Shown: positions 40,704 to 49,972 of the stretch, piece after piece
Layout of the letters: the number at the start of each line of letters is the position of its first letter
Numbering within the stretch: position 1 is the first letter of the stretch
Origin: an uncultured delta proteobacterium
GTDB lineage: Bacteria > Desulfobacterota > Binatia > Binatales > Binataceae
DNA: 64,000 nucleotides
Reading direction: 5' to 3'
NCBI GenBank assembly: GCA_963794325.1
Contig: CAWCDG010000003.1
Span: 64,001-128,000 of the forward strand
Translations under genes and position numbers: made by a program
The notes under the pieces: generated by a model
Databases searched by the model: none
What the model was told of the DNA's origin: nothing
The model's input: only the letters and a program-made list of their open reading frames with translations

Positions 40704-41514
40704 TCGTCCCCCTAAAACGGAAAACTTCCCTCTAGATAACTACGCGGCGTCGCCTTACGGCGCAATCTGGCTTTCGATAACCGTCCACAGTCTGCTCGTT
40801 AATCTGCCAACCGGAAACGTGGCAGTCTCTGAAAGAAATGTGTCTTTTGTGTCTAAGCCTAATAAACCCGGCCGGATTCGAGGGCCCGCCGATCTGGGAA
40901 CCCCCTCGCTATTTCCTATCCGATACGGATGCGAGCCGATGCCGTTAGATGCGCCCCTGACTACCTTAGCAATCTGGTTCCTTCTATCGTTCGGCTACTG
41001 CTGCGCACCGAATTATTCGGCGTCGTATTGCACGCTGACGCGGCGGCACTGGCTCGGAACGTGGCCATTCTGAGACACGAATAATGTTGTCCCTCACCCG
41101 ACGCGCGCGGACGCGCGTCGGCGGGGCATCGCCATCGTGGGACGAGGCGAAGATAAGAGCCGGGATTCTTCGCTGCGCTCCGAAGGACACAAAGAGGAGA
41201 GCCAACACGAAACCCTTACGGTCGACGTGCCATATATACATCTTGATCCGCAGAACCCTCACCTACCGGCGGCTGCGCCCGCCGGCCGCCTCTCCCGTAA
41301 AGTAACGGGCGAGGTATTTGGAGGCGGCGAGCGGCCGGGCAAGACTACTCAAAGAAGGAGCCGGGATTCTTCGCTTCGCTCTAGAATGACACAAGGAAAG
41401 AACCTGGGAGCGGAAGGGCGTCCTCGACATTTCGCGATTTCCTGTCACTAAGGTGCAGGGCTTAGCCCTGCCGAAGGAAGTTTGAAACCCATCGCGGGTT
41501 TCATTTTAATCTCG

Positions 41515-41868
41515 CTAGGCGTCGTCTTCGCCTGAGTCGTCGGCCGAATCGGCGCCGCTCTCGATTTGCTCGACTGCTTCGTCGAAGTCTGGGCCGCTGA
41601 ATTCGTCGCCCATTTCTTTACCCATCCGCTTCATCATCCGGGCGACGCTCTTTGGATCGTTCTCGTCGATGTCACCCATCTTCGATGGGTCCGCGAGCGA
41701 ATCCATCCGCGATTCCTCGCTGCGCGGCATCGCGAAGCGGGACATGAGGCGGCTCATTTTTTTTCCGCCGCAATGGGTGCAGACCGCTTCGACTTTTTCG
41801 CTGATGCGCGTGGTCAAGACGCTGGTAATACGGCGGCACTTCTCGCAACGATATTCGTAGATCGGCAT
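41515..41868 (-). CDS. FmdB-family zinc-ribbon protein
   Basis: MPIYEYRCEKC..CTHCG. Confidence 0.9.
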   Translation of the reverse strand: MPIYEYRCEKCRRITSVLTTRISEKVEAVCTHCGGKKMSRLMSRFAMPRSEESRMDSLADPSKMGDIDENDPKSVARMMKRMGKEMGDEFSGPDFDEAVEQIESGADSADDSGEDDA

Positions 41869-42309
41869 GTCATCCGATTGTATCCGCTGTTAGAGCTTGT
41901 GAGCGAATTGAACAGCGGGCGAAATGGAGCGCGCGCAGCGCGCGAACTCGGAGACCGGAACCGGCTTCGCGTGTGGCGCGAAGGTGTCCGGAAGCCAGAA
42001 GCCATGTCCTCCCGTCGCTAACGCTCCCGTCGTCAGGGTGACACAAGAGGCTTGATTGCGGTGGAAGGGTCGGGATACTTGGAGCCGAAGAACCCTTCGG
42101 CGTTGCTCAGGGCAGGCTCTAGCCCTAACCCCTTTTTTCGGTCCTCGCGGGAAGGGGAACCGGATACCTAACCCCTAACCCCTTCCCATAGTGGGAAGGG
42201 GAACCGGACGAGTGGGATGGGGAACCGGACGAGCGGGAAGGGGAAGCGGATTTTTGGGGAATCAGCGTCGAGATGAAGGTGGCGATCGATCTTTTGATTC
42301 GGATGTTGG

Positions 42310-42385
42310 TGGCACAGGCTTTAGCCTGTGATTTTCTGGTTCATGCAAGTCCAGGAAAGAATCACAGGCTGAAGCCTGTGCCACG
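42310..42385. repeat. GTGG-type REP doublet (family F)
   Basis: GTGGCACAGGCTTTAGCCTGTG with an inverted copy; a third copy at 57927-57963. Confidence 0.85.
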
Positions 42386-42388
42386 TCT

Positions 42389-43174
42389 ATGAGTGACCTT
42401 CGGCTGATGTGGCGCAACACGCGGATGGTCGTGTTGTGCGCTATTTCGGCTGCGCTGTATGCGGCCGTGCTGGTGCCGTTCAAGGTGGTGCCGTTGATTC
42501 CGGGCGTCACCGAACTGCGTCCGGCCAACGCGATTCCGGTAGTCTGCTCGTTCCTGTTCGGGCCGGCCGCGGCGTGGGGTTCCGCGATCGGAAATATGAT
42601 TGGCGACTTTTTCGGCGGCGTATCGCCGGGCGACATCGCGGGATTCCTGGCGAACCTGGCTTATGGATGGATCCCGTACAAAGTGTGGGAATTGATCGCG
42701 CGTGGCGAGAGTCCGGTTCTTAATTCCCCTCGGATAGTTTTCAAGTACGTTGTCGCATGCCTGGCTGCGAGCGTTTTGTGCGCCGACCTGGTCGGATGGG
42801 CCGATAACGTATTGGTCATCCGGCCGTTCGCGATGCTGGGTAACGTGATCATTTTCAACAACATGATTTCTGCGCTCGCGCTCTCGCCGTTCATCCTGGC
42901 GGCGGTCTATCCGCGGGTGAAAAAAGGCCGGATGCTTTACACGGACGTGATGCCGGAGGTGAAGCTCAAGCCGGTGCCGATACGCGCTACGGGTTTCGCG
43001 ATACTGATAACGGGCGAGGCTGGCGCGTGGATTTTTGGAAATCTGCTTTCGACCGGGTACTGGGCGCCGAAGTTCCTGCCGGCGTGGATGATCGTCGCGC
43101 CGTACGATAAACCGATCCTGATTATAGTCAGCCCGTTCCTGGTGTTGGCGTTCGCGGGACTCTTAATGATGTGA
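42389..43174 (+). CDS. ECF transporter S component, QueT family
   Basis: AALYAA..ELRPANA..FGPAAAWG.AIGN.IGD; multiple TM segments. Confidence 0.75.
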   Translation: MSDLRLMWRNTRMVVLCAISAALYAAVLVPFKVVPLIPGVTELRPANAIPVVCSFLFGPAAAWGSAIGNMIGDFFGGVSPGDIAGFLANLAYGWIPYKVWELIARGESPVLNSPRIVFKYVVACLAASVLCADLVGWADNVLVIRPFAMLGNVIIFNNMISALALSPFILAAVYPRVKKGRMLYTDVMPEVKLKPVPIRATGFAILITGEAGAWIFGNLLSTGYWAPKFLPAWMIVAPYDKPILIIVSPFLVLAFAGLLMM

Positions 43175-44907
43175 AAACCGTTTTTTCAGTGAATCGTGGC
43201 CAGCACGCAGTGTCGGTTCAGGGAGTGACCTTCACGTATCACGGCGCGGATCGGTCGGCGCTTCGGGCGGTGAGTCTCGTGCAGAATGCGGGCGAGATGA
43301 TCGGGGTGATGGGTGCGTCGGGCGCTGGCAAGTCGACTTTTGCGAAGTGCCTCAATCGGATCATCCCGGAGTTCGAGGACGGCGATTTTCACGGCGCGAT
43401 CCGTATCGCCGGCGAATCGATCGAACATCTGCGGGTATGCGACCTCGCGCCGAAGGTCGGCATGGTGTTTCAGGATTTCGAGTCGCAGTTGTTTTCGACC
43501 AACGTCGCACACGAAGTTGCGTTCGCGATGGAGCAAGTCGGAATGGACCGCGCCGAAATGGATCGCCGAATCATGCCCGCACTGGAAGCCGTCGGGCTGC
43601 GTGGCTTCGAGCATCGCGATCCGATGTCGTTGTCGGGCGGCGAAAAGCAGCGGCTGGCGATCGCGTCGGTGCTGGCGCTGCGCCCGTCGGTTATCGTGCT
43701 CGACGAGCCGACCACCGATCTCGATCCGGAGGGCAGGGCGGAAGTCTTCGAGCTGATCAGAAAATTGCGCGGGCAAGGCTTGAGCCTGATCGTGATCGAG
43801 CATGAGTCGGAGGAGCTGCGCGCCGCGGACCGTATCGTGGTGCTGCGCGAGGGCGAAGTCGCAGCGGACGGACCGCCGGCGGAAGTGTTCGCGCGGACGG
43901 AGCTGCTCACCGCGTGCGGCGTGCGTCCGCCGGGCCTGGGCCGCGCACTCGAGCTGCTTGGAATCGACGCGCAGGCGAAGAGCGTCGAGCAGGCTTACGA
44001 GGTGATCGTGCGCGCGTATCCGAGCGTGGTGGGAACGACGTATGACAGTATCGCGCGGTCTCGCGTGCCCGCAGCGCCGAAGGCGGAGGATAATGCGATC
44101 GCCGGTCCGGCGTTTATCGAGATCGAAAACCTGAGCTACAGCTACGCGGGCGGGCCGCGAGTGCTCGACTCGATCGATCTCAAAGTTGAAGCCGGCGAGT
44201 TCCTCGCGATCGTCGGGCAGAATGGTTCCGGGAAAACGACTCTCGCGAAGCATATTGTGGGACTGCTGCAGCCGGCGACGGGACGAATCACGATCGACGG
44301 CAAGGACCGTGCGCAGATGCGTCCGGCGGAGACGGCGCGCGAGGTCGCGTACGTTTTCCAGAATCCGGACCATCAGATTTTTGCCGCGACGGTTGATGAT
44401 GAAGTTGCATTCGGGCCGCGCAACTTCGGGCTGGACGACGGCGAGATTCGACGGCGATGCGACGAGGCGCTCGAAGCGGTAGGACTTCAGAACGAGCGCC
44501 AGAGCGATCCGTTTATGCTCAGCAAGGGAGAGCGGCAGCGGCTGGCAGTCGCGAGCGTGCTGGTGCTGCGGCCGCGGATGTTGATACTCGACGAGCCGAC
44601 CACCGGGCTGGACCATCGCGAACAACTTCGCATGATGGGGCTGGTGCGCGACCTCAACCGCAGTGGGATCGCGATCGTGATAATCACGCATACGCCGTGG
44701 CTGGTCGCGGAGTACGCGCGGCGGGTGGTGCTGATGCGCAAGGGCGCGAAGATTTTCGACGGCGGGGTGCGCGAGTTTTTTATGCAGGAGCAGCTGCTGC
44801 AATCGTCGTCATTCCGCGCTCCTGAAATAACCGAGCTGAGCCGCCGTTTCGGGACGCTGGCGCTGACCACCGACGAATTCGTCGGGTGGGTGAAGGGGCG
44901 ATCCTGA
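43171..44907 (+). CDS. ECF transporter dual-domain ATPase
   Basis: Two Walker A motifs (GASGAGKS, GQNGSGKT), LSGGEKQR and LDEPT. Confidence 0.92.
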   Translation: MKTVFSVNRGQHAVSVQGVTFTYHGADRSALRAVSLVQNAGEMIGVMGASGAGKSTFAKCLNRIIPEFEDGDFHGAIRIAGESIEHLRVCDLAPKVGMVFQDFESQLFSTNVAHEVAFAMEQVGMDRAEMDRRIMPALEAVGLRGFEHRDPMSLSGGEKQRLAIASVLALRPSVIVLDEPTTDLDPEGRAEVFELIRKLRGQGLSLIVIEHESEELRAADRIVVLREGEVAADGPPAEVFARTELLTACGVRPPGLGRALELLGIDAQAKSVEQAYEVIVRAYPSVVGTTYDSIARSRVPAAPKAEDNAIAGPAFIEIENLSYSYAGGPRVLDSIDLKVEAGEFLAIVGQNGSGKTTLAKHIVGLLQPATGRITIDGKDRAQMRPAETAREVAYVFQNPDHQIFAATVDDEVAFGPRNFGLDDGEIRRRCDEALEAVGLQNERQSDPFMLSKGERQRLAVASVLVLRPRMLILDEPTTGLDHREQLRMMGLVRDLNRSGIAIVIITHTPWLVAEYARRVVLMRKGAKIFDGGVREFFMQEQLLQSSSFRAPEITELSRRFGTLALTTDEFVGWVKGRS

Positions 44908-45695
44908 TGCCGATTTATCTCTACATCGATCGCGGCACCTTCGTTCATCGGCTGCATCCGACGGTCAAGGTGTTCTCGCTGTTCGTCATGTTCTGGTCGG
45001 TGTACTGGGTGGACAATCCGGTTGCGCTGATCCCGATTGGGCTGGTGATGCTGTGGATTGCGCAGCTCACCGATTCGTGGCCGAACTTCTACCGGCTGCG
45101 CTGGCTGTTTGCGATTTTGGTCTTTACGACAACGATCGCATGGATGGTTTTTTATCGGCGGGGCGCGGTGCTGGTGAATATCCCGGTATTTCACGTCAGC
45201 CGATTGTCGCTGGTGTTTGGCCTGGGGCGAGGAATCAAGCTGGCGGAATTGCTGGCGGCGTCGGTGCTGTTTCTGTCGACCACCAAGATCGAGGAGTTCA
45301 CCTACGGACTGCAGCGGATGCGGGTGCCGTATCGGGTCAGCTTCGCGATCTCGCTCTCGTTCCGGCTGGTGCCGCTGTTTATCGACTCGGCCGTGACGAT
45401 CGTCGATGCCCAGCGGTTGCGCGGTTACGATTTCAACCAGGGCGGTCCGCTCGAGCGCGTGCGGCGCTACGTGCCGGTGGTGATTCCGGTTTTCATGGGC
45501 GCGTTGCGCAAGGCGAATAACATGGCGATGGCTCTGGAAGCGCGCGGCTTCGGCTTTATCCACGAGCCGACGACGTTTATCGAATACCCGGTGACATTGG
45601 CGGATATCGCGGCGTTCGCGTTTCTGATCGGCCTCGGAACAGTATATTTCATGCTGTACTACACGGGGCTGGGCGGAATCGGGCCCGTGAAATAG
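44907..45695 (+). CDS. ecfT: ECF transporter T component
   Basis: HRLHP..K, AQRLRG and ALEARGF. Confidence 0.9.
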   Translation: MPIYLYIDRGTFVHRLHPTVKVFSLFVMFWSVYWVDNPVALIPIGLVMLWIAQLTDSWPNFYRLRWLFAILVFTTTIAWMVFYRRGAVLVNIPVFHVSRLSLVFGLGRGIKLAELLAASVLFLSTTKIEEFTYGLQRMRVPYRVSFAISLSFRLVPLFIDSAVTIVDAQRLRGYDFNQGGPLERVRRYVPVVIPVFMGALRKANNMAMALEARGFGFIHEPTTFIEYPVTLADIAAFAFLIGLGTVYFMLYYTGLGGIGPVK

Positions 45696-45781
45696 CAAAT
45701 TAGTGAAATAACTCAAGTAGCGAACAACTTCGCCGATGCTTACTATCGGCTGGCAAATCGAAGACATCGCGGGGAACGGTA

Positions 45782-46831
45782 ATGAGTGTCAAATCAGAGT
45801 TTCTGAAAAAACCGATCGAGCATGTCGATATCACGCGCGAAAGCGTGGTGCCGATTGTCGAAGCGATGGGGCAGATGGCGTACAGCGCGCGCGACTTGCA
45901 TCGCGCGGCCACGATTTACGATCGGATGCTGCGCGATCGCGACTGCGGCGTGATCCTGTGCCTGGCGGGGTCGCTGATCAGCGCGGGGCTGAAGCGGGTG
46001 TTTGCCGACATGATTCGCAATCACATGGTCGATGCGATCGTCAGCACCGGCGCGAATATCGTGGATCAGGATTTTTTCGAGGCGCTCGGCTTCAAGCATT
46101 GGATGGCCGAGGATCGCTTCAAGTACGGACTCGATGACGACAAGCTGCGCGAGCTGCATATCGATCGAATCTACGACACGCTGATCGACGAAGACGAACT
46201 GCGCGTGTGCGACGAGACGATTCATAAAATCACCGACAGCCTCGAGCCGCGGCCGTATTCGTCGCGCGAATTCGTCGGCGAGATGGGCAAGTACCTGGCC
46301 GAGACGGGCGCGAAGAGCGGCGCGAGTATCGTGCTCGAGGCGTATCGCGAAGAGGTCCCGATTTTCTGTCCGGCGTTCAGCGACTGCTCGGCGGGTTTCG
46401 GACTGGTAGCGCATCAGGCGGCGCGGCATGGGAAGCCCAAGGTCTCGATCGACAGCGCGAAGGATTTTTACGAATTGACACGGCTCAAGGTGAAGAACGA
46501 AAGCACGGGACTGTTCATGATCGGCGGCGGCGTCCCGAAAAACTTCGCGCAGGATATCGTCGTCGCGGCTGAGGTGCTCGGGCATGACGTGCCGATGCAC
46601 AAGTACGCGATTCAGATCACCGTCGCTGACGTGCGCGACGGCGCACTCTCAGGCAGCACCCTCAAAGAAGCCAGCAGCTGGGGCAAAGTCGATACGACCT
46701 ACGAGCAAATGGTGTATTGCGAGGCGACAATCGCAGTCCCGCTAATCGTCGGCTACGCATACCACAAGCGCGGCTGGGAAGGGCGCTCGTCGCGCAAGTG
46801 GAGCTCGGCGCTGGATAAGGATCAGGTGTAG
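45782..46831 (+). CDS. Deoxyhypusine synthase-like protein
   Basis: STGAN, GGGVPKNF and GALSGSTLKEASSWGK. Confidence 0.9.
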   Translation: MSVKSEFLKKPIEHVDITRESVVPIVEAMGQMAYSARDLHRAATIYDRMLRDRDCGVILCLAGSLISAGLKRVFADMIRNHMVDAIVSTGANIVDQDFFEALGFKHWMAEDRFKYGLDDDKLRELHIDRIYDTLIDEDELRVCDETIHKITDSLEPRPYSSREFVGEMGKYLAETGAKSGASIVLEAYREEVPIFCPAFSDCSAGFGLVAHQAARHGKPKVSIDSAKDFYELTRLKVKNESTGLFMIGGGVPKNFAQDIVVAAEVLGHDVPMHKYAIQITVADVRDGALSGSTLKEASSWGKVDTTYEQMVYCEATIAVPLIVGYAYHKRGWEGRSSRKWSSALDKDQV

Positions 46832-47154
46832 GTGGGGAAGGGGGAAGCCATTACATCTTATGTGAAACCCTTCGCGGGTTTCACGCTTCCGCGGCAGGGG
46901 TGACCCCTGCACCCAGTATTAAGAAAAGAAGCGGGACTTCGTCCCTGTTACGAAGTCAAATGGGTAGGAGCCGTCCTTCCACCGCTGTTTTCGTGTTGTT
47001 TCGGCCATTCCATCTTTGTGTCATTCAGAGCGCAGCGAAGAATCCCGGATCCTTCTTCCCTTCTCCCTGTAACGGAGAGGATTAAGGTGAGGGTCCTTAT
47101 ACAGCGCGCGATTTTTCGCGCGCGACTTAGATTCTGATTTCAATCACCCGGCGC

Positions 47155-48198
47155 TTAGGCGCCGCGGTCGACTGGGAGGTGGGCGTCTTTCCATTCGAGC
47201 ATGCCGCCTTTCAGGTTCCAGACGTGCTCGAAGCCCAGGCCGGTCAGGATTGCGGCGGCGGTGGCGCTGCGGACTCCTACTCTGCATATCGCGACGATGT
47301 CGAGGCCCTTCATGTTTGCCAGCTCGTCGGTTCGTTCGGGAAGTTCCTTCAGTGGGATCAGGCGTGCGCCTGCGATGTGGCCTAGCTCTCCGCGGTACTC
47401 GTCTGGTTCGCGGACGTCGATGAGTATCGGGGGATTGGAGCTTGCCAGGCGGTCGCGCAACTCCGCGGCGGTCAATTGACGCACCTGGTTTAGTTGGGAG
47501 AGGGTTGGGAACTTCAGCGCGCCGGCATCGAGGTCGGATTCGTTGGGTTGCAGTGATTCCTGGATTCCGTCGGGCAGCGGCAAGCCGAGATTGTTCATCA
47601 GGTTGATGTAGTCGTCGCGCGATTTGCCGGCCAGCCGCGGGTTCGAGCGCTTTTCATCTTGAATGGTGGACTGGGTATGTCCGCGATAGTCATGCGCCGG
47701 AAAAACCAGCGTCTCATCCGGCAGCGTGAACAGCTTGCGGGTTATCGAATCGTACTGCACGCCCGCGTCGCCGCCCGCGAAATCAGCGCGGCCGGTACCG
47801 TGGATGAACAATACGTCGCCGGTAAAGACTCGATCTTTCGCGAGCAAGCTAATTGAATCCGGAGTGTGGCCCGGAGTATGGAGGGCTCGTAGCTGCTCGT
47901 CGCCCACCTTCAGCGTTTGAGCGTCTTCGACGTGGATACTGACGTGCGGCGCCGGTGCAAGGCGATGCATCGCGACGGGCGCGTCGGCCAGCGCGCCCAA
48001 CTCCATCGCGCCGCTGCGATGATCGGCGTGAGTGTGGGTGTCGATGATCAAGTCGAGATGCAGTCCGTGATAGGCGAGGACCGCGAGGTAACGTTCGACC
48101 TTGTCGCGCAGCGGGTCGATGATGGCGGCCTTGCGGGTTGCTTCCGCGATCGCGAGGTAAGTTTTGCACTTGCCGTGATTAAGTTCGCGAAAGATCAT
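47155..48198 (-). CDS. Persulfide dioxygenase (ETHE1-like MBL)-rhodanese fusion
   Basis: THTHADH, TPGHT, GTGRADF and PAHDY; rhodanese DVREP..CRVGVRS. Confidence 0.9.
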   Translation of the reverse strand: MIFRELNHGKCKTYLAIAEATRKAAIIDPLRDKVERYLAVLAYHGLHLDLIIDTHTHADHRSGAMELGALADAPVAMHRLAPAPHVSIHVEDAQTLKVGDEQLRALHTPGHTPDSISLLAKDRVFTGDVLFIHGTGRADFAGGDAGVQYDSITRKLFTLPDETLVFPAHDYRGHTQSTIQDEKRSNPRLAGKSRDDYINLMNNLGLPLPDGIQESLQPNESDLDAGALKFPTLSQLNQVRQLTAAELRDRLASSNPPILIDVREPDEYRGELGHIAGARLIPLKELPERTDELANMKGLDIVAICRVGVRSATAAAILTGLGFEHVWNLKGGMLEWKDAHLPVDRGA

Positions 48199-48867
48199 TT
48201 CGGTCGTAGCCTCGTCGTTCAGCTTAGCAAGTGATGGCCGCGGCGAAGAAGACAGGGAAGAGGAAAACTTGATCTAATTCGAAACCCACGGTGGGTTTCA
48301 AACTTCCTCGGCAGGGGTGATCCCTGCACCCGGTGAAAAGTACTAATCGCGAAATGTCGAGGACGACATTTCGCTCTCAGGTTCTTTTCCTGTGTCATTC
48401 TAGTGTGATGTCCCGCAAGTATCTTTCAGGAACAGAGCCCTAACCCCTGGCCCCTTCCCCAAAGGGGAAGGGGATTTTAAGAAACATTCCGCGATGTCCT
48501 ATCCCCTCGCCCCCTTTCCCGCGGGAAAGGGGGAACAGAGCAGAAAATTCAAGAGAGTGTGATCTATCCCCCTCACTGTGCTTTGGCTTCGTTTGGGATG
48601 ACATAAAGATACGACACACAAACAAAAAGACATCGCAATAAGCGACTTCGTCTGATTTTCACCCACGTCATCAAAATCCGCTGAACCATTCGTTCACCGC
48701 GGCGTAACGCCTTTCATAATGAGGGCGGCCGCTACAGAAGGAAGGTTCTGGAGTACTTTGCGACGATATTGAGTCGCAACAGTGTTCGTAATGAACACTG
48801 CGACGCAAGCAGCGACGGTGCCAAGAGGTCTAATAACAGCACTCGATAGAAATCAGAGGTGAAAACA

Positions 48868-49626
48868 ATGCCGCAGAATAAGCGCTACGGATGGGTCCCG
48901 GATCTTCCCGACCATCGCGATCAACTTTACGCTGCACCGGTCGTAAATTTGGCGACGTTTCCGTCGCAGAAGGATCTTCGTCCCCAATGCCCAGCGGTTT
49001 ACGACCAGGGCGATCTTGGCAGTTGCACGGCCAACGCGATTGCCGGCGCGGTCCAGTTCGATCTGATGAAGGAGTCGAAGCCGGTGTTCACTCCGTCGCG
49101 ACTCTTCATCTACTACAACGAGCGCGTGATCGAGGGCACTGTCAACTCGGACAGCGGCGCGATGATACGCGACGGTATCAAAAGCATCGCGCACCAGGGT
49201 GACGCGCCGGAGACCGACTGGCCGTACGACATCGCGAAGTTCGCTATGAAGCCGTCGCCCAAGACGTATACCGACGCGAAGAAGCACAAGGCCGTGCTCT
49301 ACCAGCGGCTTATGCAGGACCTCGCGCAGATGAAGGGATGTCTCGCGTCCGGATTTCCGTTCGTGTTCGGATTCACCGTCTACCAGAGCTTCGAAACTCC
49401 GCAAGTCGCCAGCACGGGTGTGGTGCCGATGCCCGCGCCGAGTTAAAAGTCAGTTGGCGGCCACGCCGTGATGGCGGTTGGATACGACGACAGCCAGCAA
49501 AGGTTCATCGTCCGCAACTCGTGGGGCACAACCTGGGGAATGGCGGGCTACTTCACCATGCCCTACACCTACCTGACCCAGTCGAATCTGTCGGACGATT
49601 TCTGGAAGGTCAGTGTGGTTAACTAA
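48868..49626 (+). pseudogene. C1A papain-like cysteine protease with in-frame TAA at 49444
   Basis: QGDLGSCTANA (Cys) lies before the stop; GGHAV (His) and RNSWG (Asn) follow in the same frame. Confidence 0.88.
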
Positions 49627-49649
49627 GTTCTACGTGATCCGCTGAGTGG

Positions 49650-49961
49650 CTAAGCGCCGGCCCGAATTCTCAATGTGTAGGTTCGCGCCGGCGCTGCCTT
49701 CTGCCACTGACGTCCATAGTGTAGCTCGATGGTCGAGTTTCCGGGCGAATCAACCTTGAACTGCCACTGATGCGTGCCGCTTTTCCCCGGGGCGGCACTT
49801 GGATTTGCCAACGAGTCCGCGACGACCGAACACACCGGCTCTCCTCCGGATTTGATATTCCAACTGAATCCCGCGGTTCGAATCTCCGTCAGCGAGACTT
49901 CGAAGGTCTCTCCCACCCGCACTTCGATCTCATGTCCGTCGTCGGCGTCGGTAAGCTGCAC
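49650..49961 (-). CDS. Chagasin/I42 cysteine-protease inhibitor
   Basis: VGETFEVSL.E..TAGFSW, PG..G...WQF and Y.RQW. Confidence 0.82.
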   Translation of the reverse strand: MQLTDADDGHEIEVRVGETFEVSLTEIRTAGFSWNIKSGGEPVCSVVADSLANPSAAPGKSGTHQWQFKVDSPGNSTIELHYGRQWQKAAPARTYTLRIRAGA

Positions 49962-49972
49962 TGGTAGATTTC

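Larger units (their letters stand above)
39815..41316. repeat. Inverted repeat pair (39815-39888 / 41242-41316)
   Basis: TACCTCGCCCGTTACTTTACGGGAGAGGCG has its exact reverse complement at 41287-41316. Confidence 0.85.

Noticed and set aside
41940-42060. tRNA, SRP RNA or preQ1 riboswitch
   Set aside because: No T-loop GTTCGA/CCA end, no SRP GGAAGGAAGCAG core, and no preQ1 A-rich tail.
41158-47051. GGGATTCTTCGCT(G/T)CGCTC..GACA repeats at 41158, 41360 and 47020 as a novel element
   Set aside because: They resemble a common short palindromic intergenic repeat type, with no distinctive context here.
49444-49446. Programmed stop-codon readthrough (Sec/Pyl) in the protease
   Set aside because: The codon is TAA, not TGA or TAG, and sits at a non-catalytic position.
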